A stretch of DNA of 64,000 bases. Source: Bugula neritina (taxonomy: Eukaryota; Animalia; Bryozoa). A program made the translations under genes and the position numbers. Location of the stretch: assembly GCA_964035545.1 (NCBI GenBank), contig OZ037765.1, forward strand, positions 33,355,504-33,419,503, in the 5' to 3' direction. Of the stretch, positions 27,901 to 47,309 are shown piece after piece (position 1 is the first letter of the stretch; every line of letters begins with the position of its first letter). The notes below the pieces were generated by a model that saw nothing but the letters and a program-made list of their open reading frames with translations, searched no databases and was not told the DNA's origin.

Positions 27901-28354
27901 AGCCGCTGAGAGGGACAACTCCGTGTTGCTTTGCTTCATTCTCTCTGGCATAATAATATAGCGACTGGCCTGCAATTCACAGGAAACTAATGTCAGCAGA
28001 CGTACACTGTGGACTATTTTTGTCCCTTTGAATGAATCATCTATATTTTAAATTTGAAGATAAATCAAATGACTAACAACTACACATCAGTAAACAAGGG
28101 CTTTATCACACAATTCAGCCTACTATCTGGTCATTATAACAATACAATAGTCTACCATCTCATCCATTTATTTGATTTAATATAAATAATCCGCCTTTTA
28201 TTCATGAAGGATTATAATTCCAACAAATAGAAACATTTGACACAAATCCGTAAAACGTGCCTTTCAAAACAAACCAGCGATCTTGCCAGCTGCGTACAAG
28301 GCCACTCTGTTTCCTCAGCCATCCACTCTTACTGACTTTAGTAACATCATTCAT
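24987..28354 (-). CDS. PH-RhoGAP-coiled-coil protein (ARHGAP22/24/25, FilGAP-like), ~540 aa; exons 28354-28261, 27969-27835, 26889-26779, 26675-26543, 26136-24987
   Basis: PH domain KSGWLRKQSGLVRSWQDRWFVLKG|QSLYYY...EWASALRRAIY; GGGVFG linker; arginine finger EGIFR|[35 protein letters not shown]; C-terminal coiled coil; intron 1 requires a GC donor. Confidence 0.9.
26926..27085. repeat. 35-bp intronic minisatellite (~4.6 copies), each unit carrying the near-palindrome TAACTTAC-A-GTAAGTTA
   Basis: Units start at 26926, 26961, 26996, 27031 and 27066. Confidence 0.85.
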
Positions 28355-31300
28355 GTTATACCAGCATGTAGAGTATGATACACTCTATATTTAGTATACT
28401 ACTAACACATCAATCATATGCTATCTAAAATCATGACATCTAGAATAATAAATCATGCATTTGACTGTCAAATATTGTTAATGTCACACATATTTTTAAA
28501 ATTCTCATATAGAGTTAAAACTTTGCATGAAAATAGCTGTGAAAATATCATATAACTTATTGCAACACCCCTTCCAACTAGATTTCCTTATATACTTAAA
28601 ACAAACTGCAGGCAAAACTTTCAACTAGAATTATAGTTAAAAAATAGATTTTGCGGTGAAACTATGTTAATATTTAGAACCATTTTTTAATCAAATACCA
28701 GTACATGAAAAATAAAAATAAACAGTTGTAATTAATTTTGATGTATTAATCTACGCTAAAACTTTGACTGCAGTTAAATAATATAAGTATAAATATATTG
28801 TCAAAGACAAAGTGTAAATCATTTTTGTATCAGCGCAAAGAAAATTTTTTATAATATTTGTATGCTAGTTGTTTAATATCTAGCAGAAGAAAGTTCATTC
28901 ACTTCTGCTTACATAATTTCACAATCATGCATCAATAGAACAACACAAGAATCCATAGAATTATTTGGCTGCAGAATAATATAATCAACTATATTACCAC
29001 GTGACATTTTGAAATTTCATTTGAACTACTGTGTTAGCATTAGGTATTGTAAAATGACACGGCCAATAAATTTAATGTTGATAGGACTATGTAATTTATT
29101 GCCAATAACCAAGTGATTTAGTTTTGTGTAAACAAACTTTGGATATTTTCCAGATGATACAGACCCAACAAGTTTGTTGATGAATTTTTATGATAGGAAG
29201 ACAGACTGCAGTCGCCTAGAGTTGCTGTAATCATATTTAATAACTGCATCAATAAACTAATTTAATAACAAACCTACTAACCCTACCACCTAATTGATTG
29301 TAAATCACTGTTGAATCACCATACCCTTCAAGTTCACAAACTGACTATAATCAAATCTATATCAGCATGATTATCATCTTGAACATAAAATGATGAACAA
29401 TACGTTCATTTATTATCGATTTGAATTATAGAATAGAAAATTATACATTGATTGTAACGGATTTATAGCATGATTTTTAGTTTCATTTGAGCATGCATCA
29501 ACTAAGGCTGATTAAAGGATTGATAGCAATCTAAATGCACACATAAAGTTCAGTCACTAACTGTTACTCTCTGGTAACTTCTTCGATCATTTCTGGTTCA
29601 ACTTTTAAAATTTTGTCATAGTGCTGCCTATTTATAAACTAGAGTTGGGTACTGTTGGCTACCAACTTAAAATACTCACAATCAATAATAATTGCAAACT
29701 AATAAGTTATTCCACAATCTACCCACTCAGAATGGTTACATGTACTTGAACATGTCTTTGAAGTAACTAATTTACCGATGCAAAAATGCACTCTTGAACA
29801 ACATTGGACTAATTATAAACAGGGCTTGTAGTAATTGTATGACTGAAATGTGCCTGCTAAAACCTAAACCGTTATTCTCAAACACCACTACTGCGACAAC
29901 AGCTGCTGCGCTTTGTTTCAATTGTTGTTTGATTGTTCGTTGTTTAATTGGTTAGTAATGAGAACTAGAGAATTGCAGCTGCAATAATATGATTTTGGAA
30001 GTTATTTTAAAATAAATTTAACACACTCAAAAAGTGTTTTGGATTTGTTTACAAGTTGAGCAACATCTAAATAAGCGAGAGGTTCAATTGATTGTACTTA
30101 TCACATAATGCTCTAATGTCCAATATTTATTTACTTTTAATATAGACTGCATTACGTGACAGTTTTTCCAACCAAGCTCGTATAGATGTTAGTATGTTAC
30201 CAATTTGCGGAAAAGAACAGCTAACCAACTTTAGAAACTCTATAAGTATTCTATTCAGACCTATGCCTCCACTACTTGTTCAATAAATCAAATTAGATAT
30301 GCCTCATTTGTTGTTGTGAATGTTTTTTGGCAATAAACAATTACTTTTTAACAATGACTATCACTGTGACTTTAACTATCAGTATCATTATAAGTAGTTA
30401 TCAATATAAGTAGTAAGCAGCAAAATGTACCTACAGTCAGTAATCACTAATAATGATAAACCTAGCATATTAATATACCATATACATATAGGTTTATTAT
30501 TAATGCATATATAATAAACATTAACTACCTGAGTTACAAATAAAATCATCAAAACCGAATTCCATTCTGAAGTTCTAAGAATTAACCTGCTAATATCTAA
30601 AAGACCAACTTTAGCAGCAAAATGATGAATATATAGATAAATCTAAATGAGCTTGAAGTTAAAAACAAAAGTTAACTAACACTTACAGTTACAGCCTATA
30701 CATTTTAATTGCAATAAAATGATTTAAGTAATAAGTTAATTTATCCAATTGAATATTGTTATTTATATTGGTGTTACTAGAATTAATGTATTATTAAAAA
30801 TGCTTAAATACTTCATATTTAGATATAATGATAATCACAATGAATAATTGAAAACTTTAGGCTACTTATACATTTTATATTATTATATTCATTATGATTA
30901 AATCATTATCACTTTAGTATAACTATTACTATTAGTTTTAACTTACAGCTACTAGTAATGGCACAAGCTTAAACGTTAAAACTGAGTATAACCATTTAAA
31001 TTGAACTCCGACAATTGGACTTACTTTTAGTATCACTGAATAATATAATTCAACTTACTCGTAGTAGTAAATACTCCTACTAATACTACTAGCAGTAGCT
31101 ATATTTTAAAACTAATTCTTAGAATAGCTAAATCAGAATGAAACGAAGCTAAAGTTATTTTCAAAGTGTATAAAAATTCCAAAGACAAAATTAAAATAAA
31201 GAAAATAAAAGTAGTAGTTTAAGTTGTTTATATTTATAGTATTACAATACAAGGCAAAAAGCTTCAGCCTACAGTTGGTGTTGCACTGATGATACTCAGC

Positions 31301-33426
31301 ACTGACTGACTGAGCAGCACTACTTCACTTTTTCCCTTTAGAGTTATTTCCTGGTTACTGGTTATAGACCGTTAAATTTTATGTTATACTTTAAAACTAA
31401 TGTCATCATAATTATTTAGTAGCTACGCTTAATTTGTTTTCAAAACAAAATAATCAATTTACTTTTGGATACTTTTAATAACTGGATACGTACATTATTA
31501 ACCTATATGTTTGCTTACACTATCATAATAATATCGGTATGAGTATTACCATCAGTACAACTACTACAGGATTATTAATCTGCAAAAGTAAATAAACTTG
31601 GACTGCGAATAATATAGCATATTTTCCGATAGAAATACCCTTAGTTCTGAAACATATTCGCCCATGCACTGAACTGAAACTATAATAGATTATAGTTCAA
31701 TGCGCCCATGAACTGGAAATTTGTTTCTAGTTCTGTGATTTCGCCATTGTTATCTTGATAAGGGAGATAACTCCAGTTTTATTTTATTATTTTATGAGAT
31801 ACATAAGCAAAGATGTCTTCTAAAAAGGATAAAGATAATAGAAGATTAGCTCTCAAATGCAACATAAATAGATCGGTTTATTCAAAAAGTTTTTTTTCGC
31901 ACGAACAATTAATATAATTAGTAATTGTAATTTGCAGTTCATATTCTACAAGAGTCTTTTGAGAAGATAACTTCATGCAACACTAATCATTGTAAAAATA
32001 TTTTTGTAATTTAATATGGATAAGTCTGTTTGATTAAACAAAAATTAGATAAAAGCAAATAAAAGATTACATAACTGTTAATATAAATTATACTTCATCT
32101 CCTAATCTGCTTTGACTATAAATGTGCTGTTTTACTGTGCACTACCTATAATAGATATTTTAACATAGCATTGGTTATATAGGTATATGTCCCTAGTAAC
32201 ATGCAATGTATAGTTATATAATACACATGGTAATGGATGTCTCCTTTTAGCTGCAGGATAAATGTATGTTCAATTGGCTATAGTTTTGCAATGTGGTAAA
32301 CACATAGTTGAAATATGTTTAGCAAATGACGCCATCATGCAATCTGATAATTGCTAGGTTAGTAGTTGTTTGAGTAAAGTTGCAGGAGAAAAAAAAGTTT
32401 ATGCAGTTGAATTATGCACCCATTCTTTTTAACTACTGAAGTTGATTAATTTTTTAAGAAGGATCAAGCAGAAAACAATTGCATTTAGTTATATCCCCTG
32501 TCAACCTGCATCCATTTCTCTCAGTTACCAAATCCTGACTCTGTTAGTTTTTAAATTGGACTTTTTCTGCAGATATAAATTCTCTTGTGTCTTTGAGTTT
32601 AGAACATAGTAATAGAGCATAGTCATATGCCTTTAGAACATAGTCATATGTCTTTAGAACATAGTCATATGTCTTTAGAACATGGTCATATCTTCAGATG
32701 CAGCTTTGTTTGCTCACTATTGAATTGAAATTTTGTTATATAACTCGGTGTTTGAATGTATGCTGTACAAACACTGGTTATTCAAATTTTGAAACCTTCT
32801 AAAATTAAGTTGACTCTAATACCTGCTATAGGCAGTATAACTGTAAAAGCACTGGCTCACTAGTAATACGGAGTCCAAAGAAACAGTTGCACACTCTATT
32901 CAACCTGAATGCTCTGTCAGTTCTTGTCAACTCACTTTACTCAGTTGAAGTGATTTTCACTCAAAAACTCTACAAGTCTGTGCTGGTATATTATCTTTAT
33001 TACTTTCTTCTAGCCTGTTGGGCTCACGCTATACAGTGTTTAGAGCTTTAAAGACTATCAGAGATGGCCTATTTGAAGGCATGTCACTATTTATGTCATA
33101 GCACCTAGGAATGTGATAGCAAATGACTTGCACATGATATTATAGACTAAATGCAAACTAGGCTGTGATGTGTTGCATATGATGAAGCAGGGTATACTGT
33201 TACACAGATAACTTGAGTTGCATTTATTATCAAAATAACCTTTACATTCCAAATTAGCAGCTGTCACATGATGAGAAAAGCATTGCAGTGAGAGTTGAAA
33301 GAGATACAATATTAAACTATTACATAATACAGAATATCACAATTACATGGAATATTACTATTATATACCATGATACAACATGAAGACAAACATATCAGCT
33401 TGGATAGAGAGGACATATACACTGCT

Positions 33427-36400
33427 TTATGGCTGCGGAGTGAATCGGAGGTAGCCTTTACCAGAGGGAACCTACAATATATCAGTACGTTACAGTAGAA
33501 TATTTAGAAGTAGAAAGGGCAGTACTAGTAACAATAATAGTGCAGTAGATCACAGTATTGAAAATAGTATTAAAATAGTGGTAGCAGTAGTACTACTAGT
33601 AGCAGTAGCACTAGTAGTAGTAGCACTAGTAGTAGTAGTAGCCCTAATAGTAGTAGTACATGGTAATCTTAGTTTTAGCAAAGCAGCACATGACAGAGAT
33701 AACTGTTTATGAGAGGTGCCACTTTATTCAACCATAAATATCTTAAATGCCTAATAAATAACTCTATGATAAATAACTCTATGATAAATAACTTAACAAC
33801 TATGATAACAGATGAGGCTATTTCATAAGATCTAAGCTGTTATAAATATATTATGATATTTCATCAATCAAAGCTTATTTTCATAATAACTTTTATTAGA
33901 TGATATTTATAGAAGTTTTCTGATGAATGAAAAGCTAACAAATCTCTTTCAAACCAGGGCCTGTGTAAGGGATATGCCAGGGGTTGTTTGGGGTTGTATG
34001 AGGAGTTGTGAAGTTTTCACAGACTATTTATCTTGTACAGGAAAACAACTTCAATTTAGTAAAAATAATGTAATGGGAATTAATTGTCTCAATGTATATT
34101 ATATTGGTGTGTTGGCTGTAGAATTATACATATTGATGTTACGATGATTTAAAGGCAACCAGTGCTTGATTCTACTTGAGACTGATTGAAGAGCTGTTTG
34201 AGTGGTACTCACTAAAACCTGGTGTTACATAACAGGACAGCACCTGCAGAGAAAGGGTGCTGCCTCAAGTGCTGCCTCCCAGTGTACAGGGTAGAGTGAT
34301 AAATCAATATAATCTGCACCTCAATAGCAAAATGCTTTCATTATTCTAAGATAAATAGTTGACTGGGACAACTATTTAACTATATCAATAGAAAAGGGAA
34401 AGTTTCTGCACCCCAATTTCTGACACCCTGCTATTCATTAAACAGTCATAACTTAAAGCCGGTGCCTAGTAAATCTAAACCTTGCAATATGTAGACAATA
34501 TGTAGCCTATGTTCTAGTGTGTGGACTATGTTCTAGTGTGTGGACTATGTTCTAGTGTGTGGACTATGTTCTAGTATATAGACTATGTTCTAGTGTGTGG
34601 ACTATGTTCTAGTGTGTAGACTATGTTCTAGTGTGTGGACTATGTTCTAGTGTGTGGACTATGTTCTAGTATACAACTTATAGAGAACTGAGGCTATACA
34701 ATTTACTCACATCCACGACTCTGTGCTGAGGGAAGAGTTTAGCTGCCTCGTCAGCTTTGACTGAAGGCACGACCATACACTCTCCACCTGGCTGCCAGTT
34801 GACTGGGGTGGCCACTTTCTTGTAGGCAGTCAGTTGCAGAGACTGGAGCACTCTCAGCACCTCCCTGTGAAATGAATGAATGCATGGACCACACTTTATA
34901 CCTTGTCTTCACGGCCAGTCATTATAACGACTTTACTGTGTTATGTGAATGTGATGGAATGTTTACATGGTTTTATTTTTCATAATTATTCTGTTTATTA
35001 GTTGGCAGGCAACAGTACACATCCTACGACCTACCCAGCATAAACTCTCTTTGCAATGTCAAACAAAGTCAAGAGGTGATATCTTGCCACTATCTAGCAG
35101 GTGCTATAGCATGTACACAGTGTTACATAATAAAAAGCACCTTGCAGACCTTTCATATTGTTTCTCAGTTTAATAAATTAGTAAAAAGTCACTATAAGAT
35201 TGAATCACTGAGTGCCAAATGAAAAGGCACTGGGAGCCACACCTGAGTCAACAGAGCTTGAATTTCCCAGCCAGGATATATTTTGTGACTTCATACAACA
35301 CATCAGAGTACAGACTACCACAGCACCAAGTTAACAGATCAACAGATATGATGTTGGCATACATTATACATGCTATTTGAAACAGTGACACCATATTATA
35401 CACTTATTTTAAACAATTACTTCGTTTTCTGGCAGCAATAGTGAACAAGTCTTTAGCCCACTTAGAAAAACCTTCCCATCAGAGAATCTAACAGGGATGG
35501 CAACTATAAACTCAGTACAGGATACTTACGCCATGTTTCTCCCGGTGGTGGCCGGGTACAGGATGCTGAGTTTGAGCTTCTTATCAGGTGCTACGAGGAA
35601 GACTGCCCGAGCAGTCAGGGGCAAACCCTGGGCGTCTTTCTCGGCTGGGTCAATCATGCCCAGAGCGACAGCGAGCTCTCTCTTGGAGTCAGCAATAACA
35701 GGATATGGCAAGTCAGCCCTGTCACACTTGGCCTGAGCTGTCACGTCCTACAAGACACATGGAGTCAAATACACTGTGATGTGACACAATGAGTGTGATG
35801 TGACTCAGTGAATGAATGAAGACTGTCTCGCAATGGGAATCAAAGCTCTTTTCAGACTATTTTACTCTAGAATGACTTACAATAGCTAATTAAGAGGGTA
35901 CTGGCAATGTAGTCTCTGAAGACGTGGCAGAGTCAACTTTTGTTATTATGTAAGAATACAATATGTGGTGACTGCACAAAAAAACTCAATTGCTGGCATA
36001 AAAGGATATGAAAAGCGTGATTAGAGCGTGTCAATTACGCTGATAAGAAAATTCCTAGCCGAAATGTGAATGTTGACAATTCCTGTTTGATTAACTTGTA
36101 GATAAGTTTCAGAGTCATAATGAAGACAAGTTTGCTCAATTACTTCTTTAGTGCCAGCAAATTCTTAATTTAACAAAAAAACTAGTAGACTTATTTCTAC
36201 AGTTTGTAAAACTCAAAGCTCTGATTAGTACTGTAACTAAAGCTGTGACTAGTATTGTGACTATAGTACTGTGACTATAGTACTGTGACTATAGCACTGT
36301 AACTATAGTACTGTAACTGAAGCTGTGACTGAAGCTGTGACTATAGTACTGTAACTGAAGCTGTGACTAGTACTGTGACAAGCTGTGAAACTGTCACACA

Positions 36401-38296
36401 CCCCAACACCTACTTGACTATTAGTAATTTGCAGAACAAAATGGAAGCAAATGATGATTTACTTCCATTTTTTCATTCATTACATCAGAGAGTTAAAAAT
36501 TTACAGTTTTTTGCGTAATCGAGCATAGCTGAAATTCTTACACCAGTTTGCAAAGCGCAACGGTTAGTCTGGATAAACAGCGGGTTTCCACCTCACCTTA
36601 GACCAGGCAGCGTGGGATACCACGTCATCGCAGGAGAGTGTGATAATCTTAGTGTTCAACTTCTCAAAGTCTTTCTGCATAGAAACCAGAGCCCCTAGTT
36701 CAGTGGTGCACACAGGAGTGAAGTCAGCAGGGTGGGAGAAGAACGCCAGCCATCTAGAAAGCACATCAACTTAGAAACTAAGTCTATATCACGTTATACA
36801 GTTCTAACAACTATAAGGGTATAGGGTATAAGCTACGATCAGCTCAGGTAAAATGACACTGCTGTGAACAATAATGATAAATGAATGTATTAGCATCAAG
36901 TCACACTTGAGTAAACTAGGCTAAGATATCAAGTCACACTTGAGTAAACTAGGCTAAGATACAGCAGGCAATTTGGAAATAAATTGTCATCAGCTAGACA
37001 TTATACATGCTGTGCCTAAAAATATGCTAGAATTTAGATGATAGGACAGAGCCTATAAATGCTATTGTGCTCATCACACAGTCTTATCGTTGAGTGTAGA
37101 CTTATCTATTCAAACAGAAGACACAATTATACAATTACATAGAGGAATCCCCTAGCAGGTAACCGGTTCAACTGACATCTAATCATGAATTTCAAACCAA
37201 TATAAACATTCTTATCTTGCCAACGTTCTAACGCAGATTTTATAATGGTGCCGGTTAATAAAAGGGACATTGGTGAAGCTATAGTTAAATAGCTTCTATA
37301 TACCGAAAGGTGTAACAGTAGCTTAGGAGGAGTGGCACAGACAATAGCAGTTGACATGGTGTCTACTTTCAAAGGCATTTTAAACCTTCTAAAACACTAC
37401 ATAACTAGTAAACCTATGCACTTAATGCTCAGATAAATATTTCAATGAATTTCCAACACATAATTATAATCATACTCATGAACAAAAACTTTTTTGCCAT
37501 TATTCTCATTATCTAGACACTGATATATGCCTATGGGTTACGAACATGAAATAAACACTCACTCTGAGTGAAAAAAAATTATAAATAAGTATTACATTAA
37601 ATTTTTTAAACATTTGGATGTAAGTGATTATAGTAATGATACATGTTTGTTTTATGTTACATATGTAACTATTTGAGGTAATTGATTTTAAGTGAGTCAG
37701 TGCTGCAAAGACTAAAAGAGTAAAACCAACAGACACACAACTGCTAATAGCAATACCAATATTAATAATAGTAATACTAATAATAATGTTATTAATATTA
37801 TTATTACTATTAGTACCATTAAATTTAATTACTATACCTATTACTATTACTATTAGTATTAGGCTATTGCTATTAGTATTAGGCTATTGCTATTAGTATT
37901 AGTATTACTATTAGTATTACTCATTATTAGTAGCTATAACTTTATCAGTAAAACCATATGCATCTTAGCAAAGATAAAGATTAGGCATTCAATTTAAAAC
38001 GTGATGGTGATACTCGTAGTCATACTCACAAGTCATACCTCATAGTGATAGTAATTTCATGGTGATCGTAATACAATTTCAATTTGAATTACACTCATCA
38101 CTCATGGTAATACTAATACTCAGTAATAGTAATACTATTACTATTACTATTAGTAATAGTAATACTAATAGTAATATTCATACAGATAGTCATAGTAGAC
38201 CTACTTGTCCTCCATATAATCATGCAGTTTGAAATTTCCTTTCGTAGTTTCGACATCAGCGTTTGGGAAAACGTCACCTAAATTTAAACCAGGCAT
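33427..38296 (-). CDS. PRDX6: 1-Cys peroxiredoxin 6, 221 aa; exons 38296-38205, 36753-36597, 35747-35530, 34864-34711, 33471-33427
   Basis: MPGLNLGDVFPN start, FSHPADFTPVCTTELG (peroxidatic Cys), PDKKLKLSILYPATTGRN, VATPVNWQPG, C-terminal PSGKGYLRFTPQP; all junctions GT-AG and in phase. Confidence 0.97.
34507..34672. repeat. 19-bp minisatellite CTATGTTCTAGTGTGTGGA, 9 copies, in PRDX6 intron 4
   Basis: Exact 19-bp periodicity. Confidence 0.95.
36228..36392. repeat. Degenerate 12-14-bp repeat (ACTGTGACTATAGT-like) in PRDX6 intron 2
   Basis: Visible tandem units. Confidence 0.8.
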
Positions 38297-38389
38297 TTTT
38301 CAGGGATGTTCAGAAATCAGGTACTGCGGAAATAAACGATCACTCGATCTTACTGATCTATTCAAACTGTGCAACTTCAACTTGCAGAC

Positions 38390-38510
38390 GCAATGAGCCA
38401 ATGGTGACGACAATTATGAATGCATGTGCAGCGATGAACCAACCAGCAGGTCGCGATTGATTCACCCAATGAGAGAGGAAGGTCTTTCAATTCTAAATAA
38501 TGATTGGATG
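38390..38510. promoter_or_regulatory. Cluster of CCAAT boxes in the ~1 kb divergent region between PRDX6 and MFS copy 1
   Basis: CCAAT at 38398 and 38466, ATTGG at 38503, about 100-210 bp upstream of the PRDX6 ATG; function is inferred. Confidence 0.4.
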
Positions 38511-39289
38511 CGCTCACAGAGCGAAAGAAAACAAAGAAAAGACAACTCTGCAGCATAAAAGATGAAGGAAAATAGCTGTACAGTTTTGCATAATGTAATC
38601 TTATGTGAAATATTATTCTAGTGACCGAAGTGTGACTGGTATCAAATCACAATACGCATATTAATGCAGCTTGATAGTGTTTTTAAAGAACAGTAACCTT
38701 ACTGTATTAAAACTAAACATCACAGCTTTCAGATTTTTGTTATACTAAATTCTAAAAGAGGCTTCATATGCATAACGGTAAAACATCTTGCTCCCACTAA
38801 ATGTACTGTAAAAATAGATAGAGTGCATTGTGGTAAGAAAACATTTACTGATTATCATCTACGATTTTACTAACATTTTGTAAGCTGTGAAAATGCTGCA
38901 CTGGCTTTTTAAATAATTTGAAGACATGCAATTCTTTTAAATCTTGGGTATTATGTAATAATACTAAGGTAACAGATAAATGTGAATATAAATTATTGCT
39001 GAGCCTGTATTGGCAGCACAAAGTGCCAGATTAAGTTACTGCTAAACTTTTAGTGGTTTCAAAACCAATTTGAGTGAAAAATATACAATTGTGGGTTGAA
39101 TCAACGCCTGAATGAAGTACATACAATTTATTATCGCTTCATTCTATCAACTAAAATGTTTTAAGAACAAACCTTTATTCTTTGTGATTGAAGTATAATA
39201 TCTACAGCTCATGCATGAATACATGAAGAGAACTTGTCAATACTAGTTTGATCAGATTAGATCTAGGAGAGCAACTAGACTGACGAGAC

Positions 39290-44310
<5,021 letters not shown>

Positions 44311-45772
44311 CTGATGCGCTCGCTGCCTTTTGCTTTCATATTTTTTGTGTTTTATTTAATAGAACATCGGCCTAGTTTGTCTGAAGCCAAACAAATTTAT
44401 TTTAAATCATTTCCAGCAAAGATATTATATATTATGTTTCTTAGAGTTGTGTGCTTTTTATTTGAACTGAAAGGTTTATGCACAGGTTAAGGAGTGAAAA
44501 TAGGCTATTGAGACTCTTATTTAATGAAATAGCTTTTTTCTAGGGAAAATTATTCATGACCTTAGAAACATCATACGAGCAACTATAATAAAAATTAAAT
44601 ATAAACATGTTGAACTTTGGGAATAGATTAACACACAAATCAATATATTTGAATATATAAAGCAAAAACAGTGACTGCCGAGGTAATACAATACTGCACA
44701 CAGCAAGTATATAATAATATGTTAAATCAAATCTTAAAACATTTTGGTTATTATAACTATATATATACTATTTACTTTTAGAACTTGTAAAATTTGCCTT
44801 TAGGCATTTAGAGGAAAGAGTATATATGTTTAGCACAGGAATGTGGGCTTTGATGGTCATTTATTTACTCAACTGTTGAATGAAATAAGTAAAGCCTTGG
44901 ATTAGGCAAAGTGAGGTTACAATCACTACCTATATAGATAAATCCCTGCAGTATACTAAATGTCTAGCAAATTGCTACAACTTTACGCTGTGGTGAACTC
45001 ATTTATATCTGATGATCCGTGACCTCAACCTAATCTAACAGGCACTCAGTAATCTAACAGTAGGCCTACTAGAGTTCTATTAGGTAGACTCCCAGTCATA
45101 TTTATTTTGTATAAAATCACAAATATTTGAAACACTAATCAGTTGTTAGAGTACAATTCCTACAGCTGGTCATAACAGCTTACCTACAAACCTAACAAGG
45201 AAGTTTAATGTAAGTAATAATCAACATATTTCTTTTTAATGAAATCACTAGCCAGTAAGGAAGTAATATATTATGCTGACATAGCAAGTATAGTTTATTA
45301 TTTGATTCTAGAATTTAGTAATTTCAAATACTTACAGTAACACATTGTCATTGATATATAAAACTTCAATGAGCAAATATGATTCTTATGTTACTACTAT
45401 ACAGCTATCATGTTAGTTAACTATTATGATTCTCTATTTTCATCACCTTGTATATTAAGCTGATGCTAACAACTAATTCTCTCTGTTGCTTAGCTACAAT
45501 GAATATTTTAATTAGAATAAGCTATAAAGTGTCAAGTGTAAGCAGAACCCCAAAGTCCGTCAGCATAAGCAGATATTACACTGAAGAGGCAGCACTTCAT
45601 GACTGTTGCTACATTCTAATGTAGCATACCATTTCCGTCACATGAAAACATATATTAGGTGCCTTACAAATAAATGTTTTGTATTGATAATATTTTACTC
45701 AATATCTCATCTAACTGTCTGGCTGTCTGCCTGTCTGTTTGTCTGTCTGTCTTTCTGCCTGTTTGGTAGATT

Positions 45773-46268
45773 TCATCCCAGATAGATGCTTCCCACGTAG
45801 ACGCTTACCAGCCAAACATTTTTTTATTTTGGTACAATATATATATAGTAATATATATATATTGTTTATGTCGGTGAGTATTCCAATGTTTTGTAATTGT
45901 TATTGTAATTGTTTATGGATAAACAGATATTGAGATAAGAAAGTTTGAATTAGTTTCGAGTGGTAGGTAATCTTTAATCAGTCTCAAACCATAAGCCAGA
46001 GAATGTACTACAAACGCACAATAAAGTTATATTAGCATAAGTAATGCTTAGACACAAAAGATTATATAACTGAGTAAACGTAATTACTATTACTGCTACA
46101 GAGTATACACATAATACAAATTAATATAATAACAATAGAATGATGGTGGGGAGACCAAACATATCAGTGTGTTGGGTTATAACAGTTATACGTTGAATCC
46201 TTCGGAGTATTAGTACTAAGTATTTAGCTGATAGCCTGAGGCCTAAGTCAATTGTCAGACGCCATCGT

Positions 46269-46328
<60 letters not shown>

Positions 46329-46687
46329 CTGCAGTATTGATTGCTACACACGAAAGAATAGTTAATATGAATTATCTGGAATAATATTCCAATATTTTAC
46401 AAATTTTTGTGGCACAAAAAACAAGACTACATCAATAATATCAATAATAGACATTATCTTTATTTTTTCCAACAACAAGAAGTATAGAAAATGCAAAATT
46501 AATAAATTAATGCAGATAAAAGGAATTCATTTATCTGCTATTTATGTGCTAAATAACAAACAATTAATCTAAATTTATTTAAATGAACATATAATTCAAT
46601 AATATTCAAATGAATTTCCCATAAAACACATATATTGTACATAAATCAATTTATAGCACCTAACTGGGAGGCGTCTATCTGAGATGA
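45773..46687. mobile_element. Degraded non-autonomous TIR DNA element; a related left end with amplified subterminal repeats lies at ~55206-55430
   Basis: Left end TCATCCCAGATAGATGCTTCCCA versus reverse complement of the right end TCATCTCAGATAGACGCCTCCCAG; contains an (AT)n run at 46274-46327. Confidence 0.5.
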
Positions 46688-47309
46688 CTCCGCTTGGTTA
46701 ACATCTCAGTGTAATGGTTAGCATGGTGATTTGCAGGTAATGATTTTAGATAGGGGAGGGGGAGGGGGAGGGGGGAGGGGGAGGGGGCAGTTATTATATT
46801 TATCTCTCTGTCTGTCTGTTTTACCATATTCTGTTCTGTTCATCTTTCATTGCTCTGTCAGGGTTGGTGGCTGGTTTTTACCTGACTCCCAATTCCACAA
46901 AGTTTTTCCTCTTGCATCACTTTGACCTAGATCTAGCTTAACTGATTGCAAAGCTTAATTATTGTATTTCGTAATTTTAAAGACCCAAAAATAGCAGCTG
47001 TAGTTATATGCATAATAAATAGTATAAAGATTTGAAAGCATTTTAAGCGAGATTGCGAGAGATGAAACTATGTAGTAATAAAATATTATAACTCTAAACA
47101 TTGCTTTGCTGAAATTCTAATCTTAAAATCCTCTGGGCTTTTTATTTTGCAAACATTATGGCTACAAAGTTGTGTTTTTATTATAGCTTATTGTATTTCT
47201 TGAAGATCCTTAATATCGATTTATTCAATTTAACATTTAAATATTTACCTATTGCTAGTTTGTCACACCAGTTAACCTGCTCCCTAAGAAAGAAAGGACG
47301 TTGTGAAAC

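Noticed and set aside
31660-31720. Short palindrome and GCCCATG duplication suggesting a transposon end
   Set aside because: No paired termini or TSD could be defined
46753-46787. G-quadruplex-capable (GGGGA)n tract (similar tract at ~10001-10055)
   Set aside because: Common simple repeat; nothing in the sequence ties it to a function
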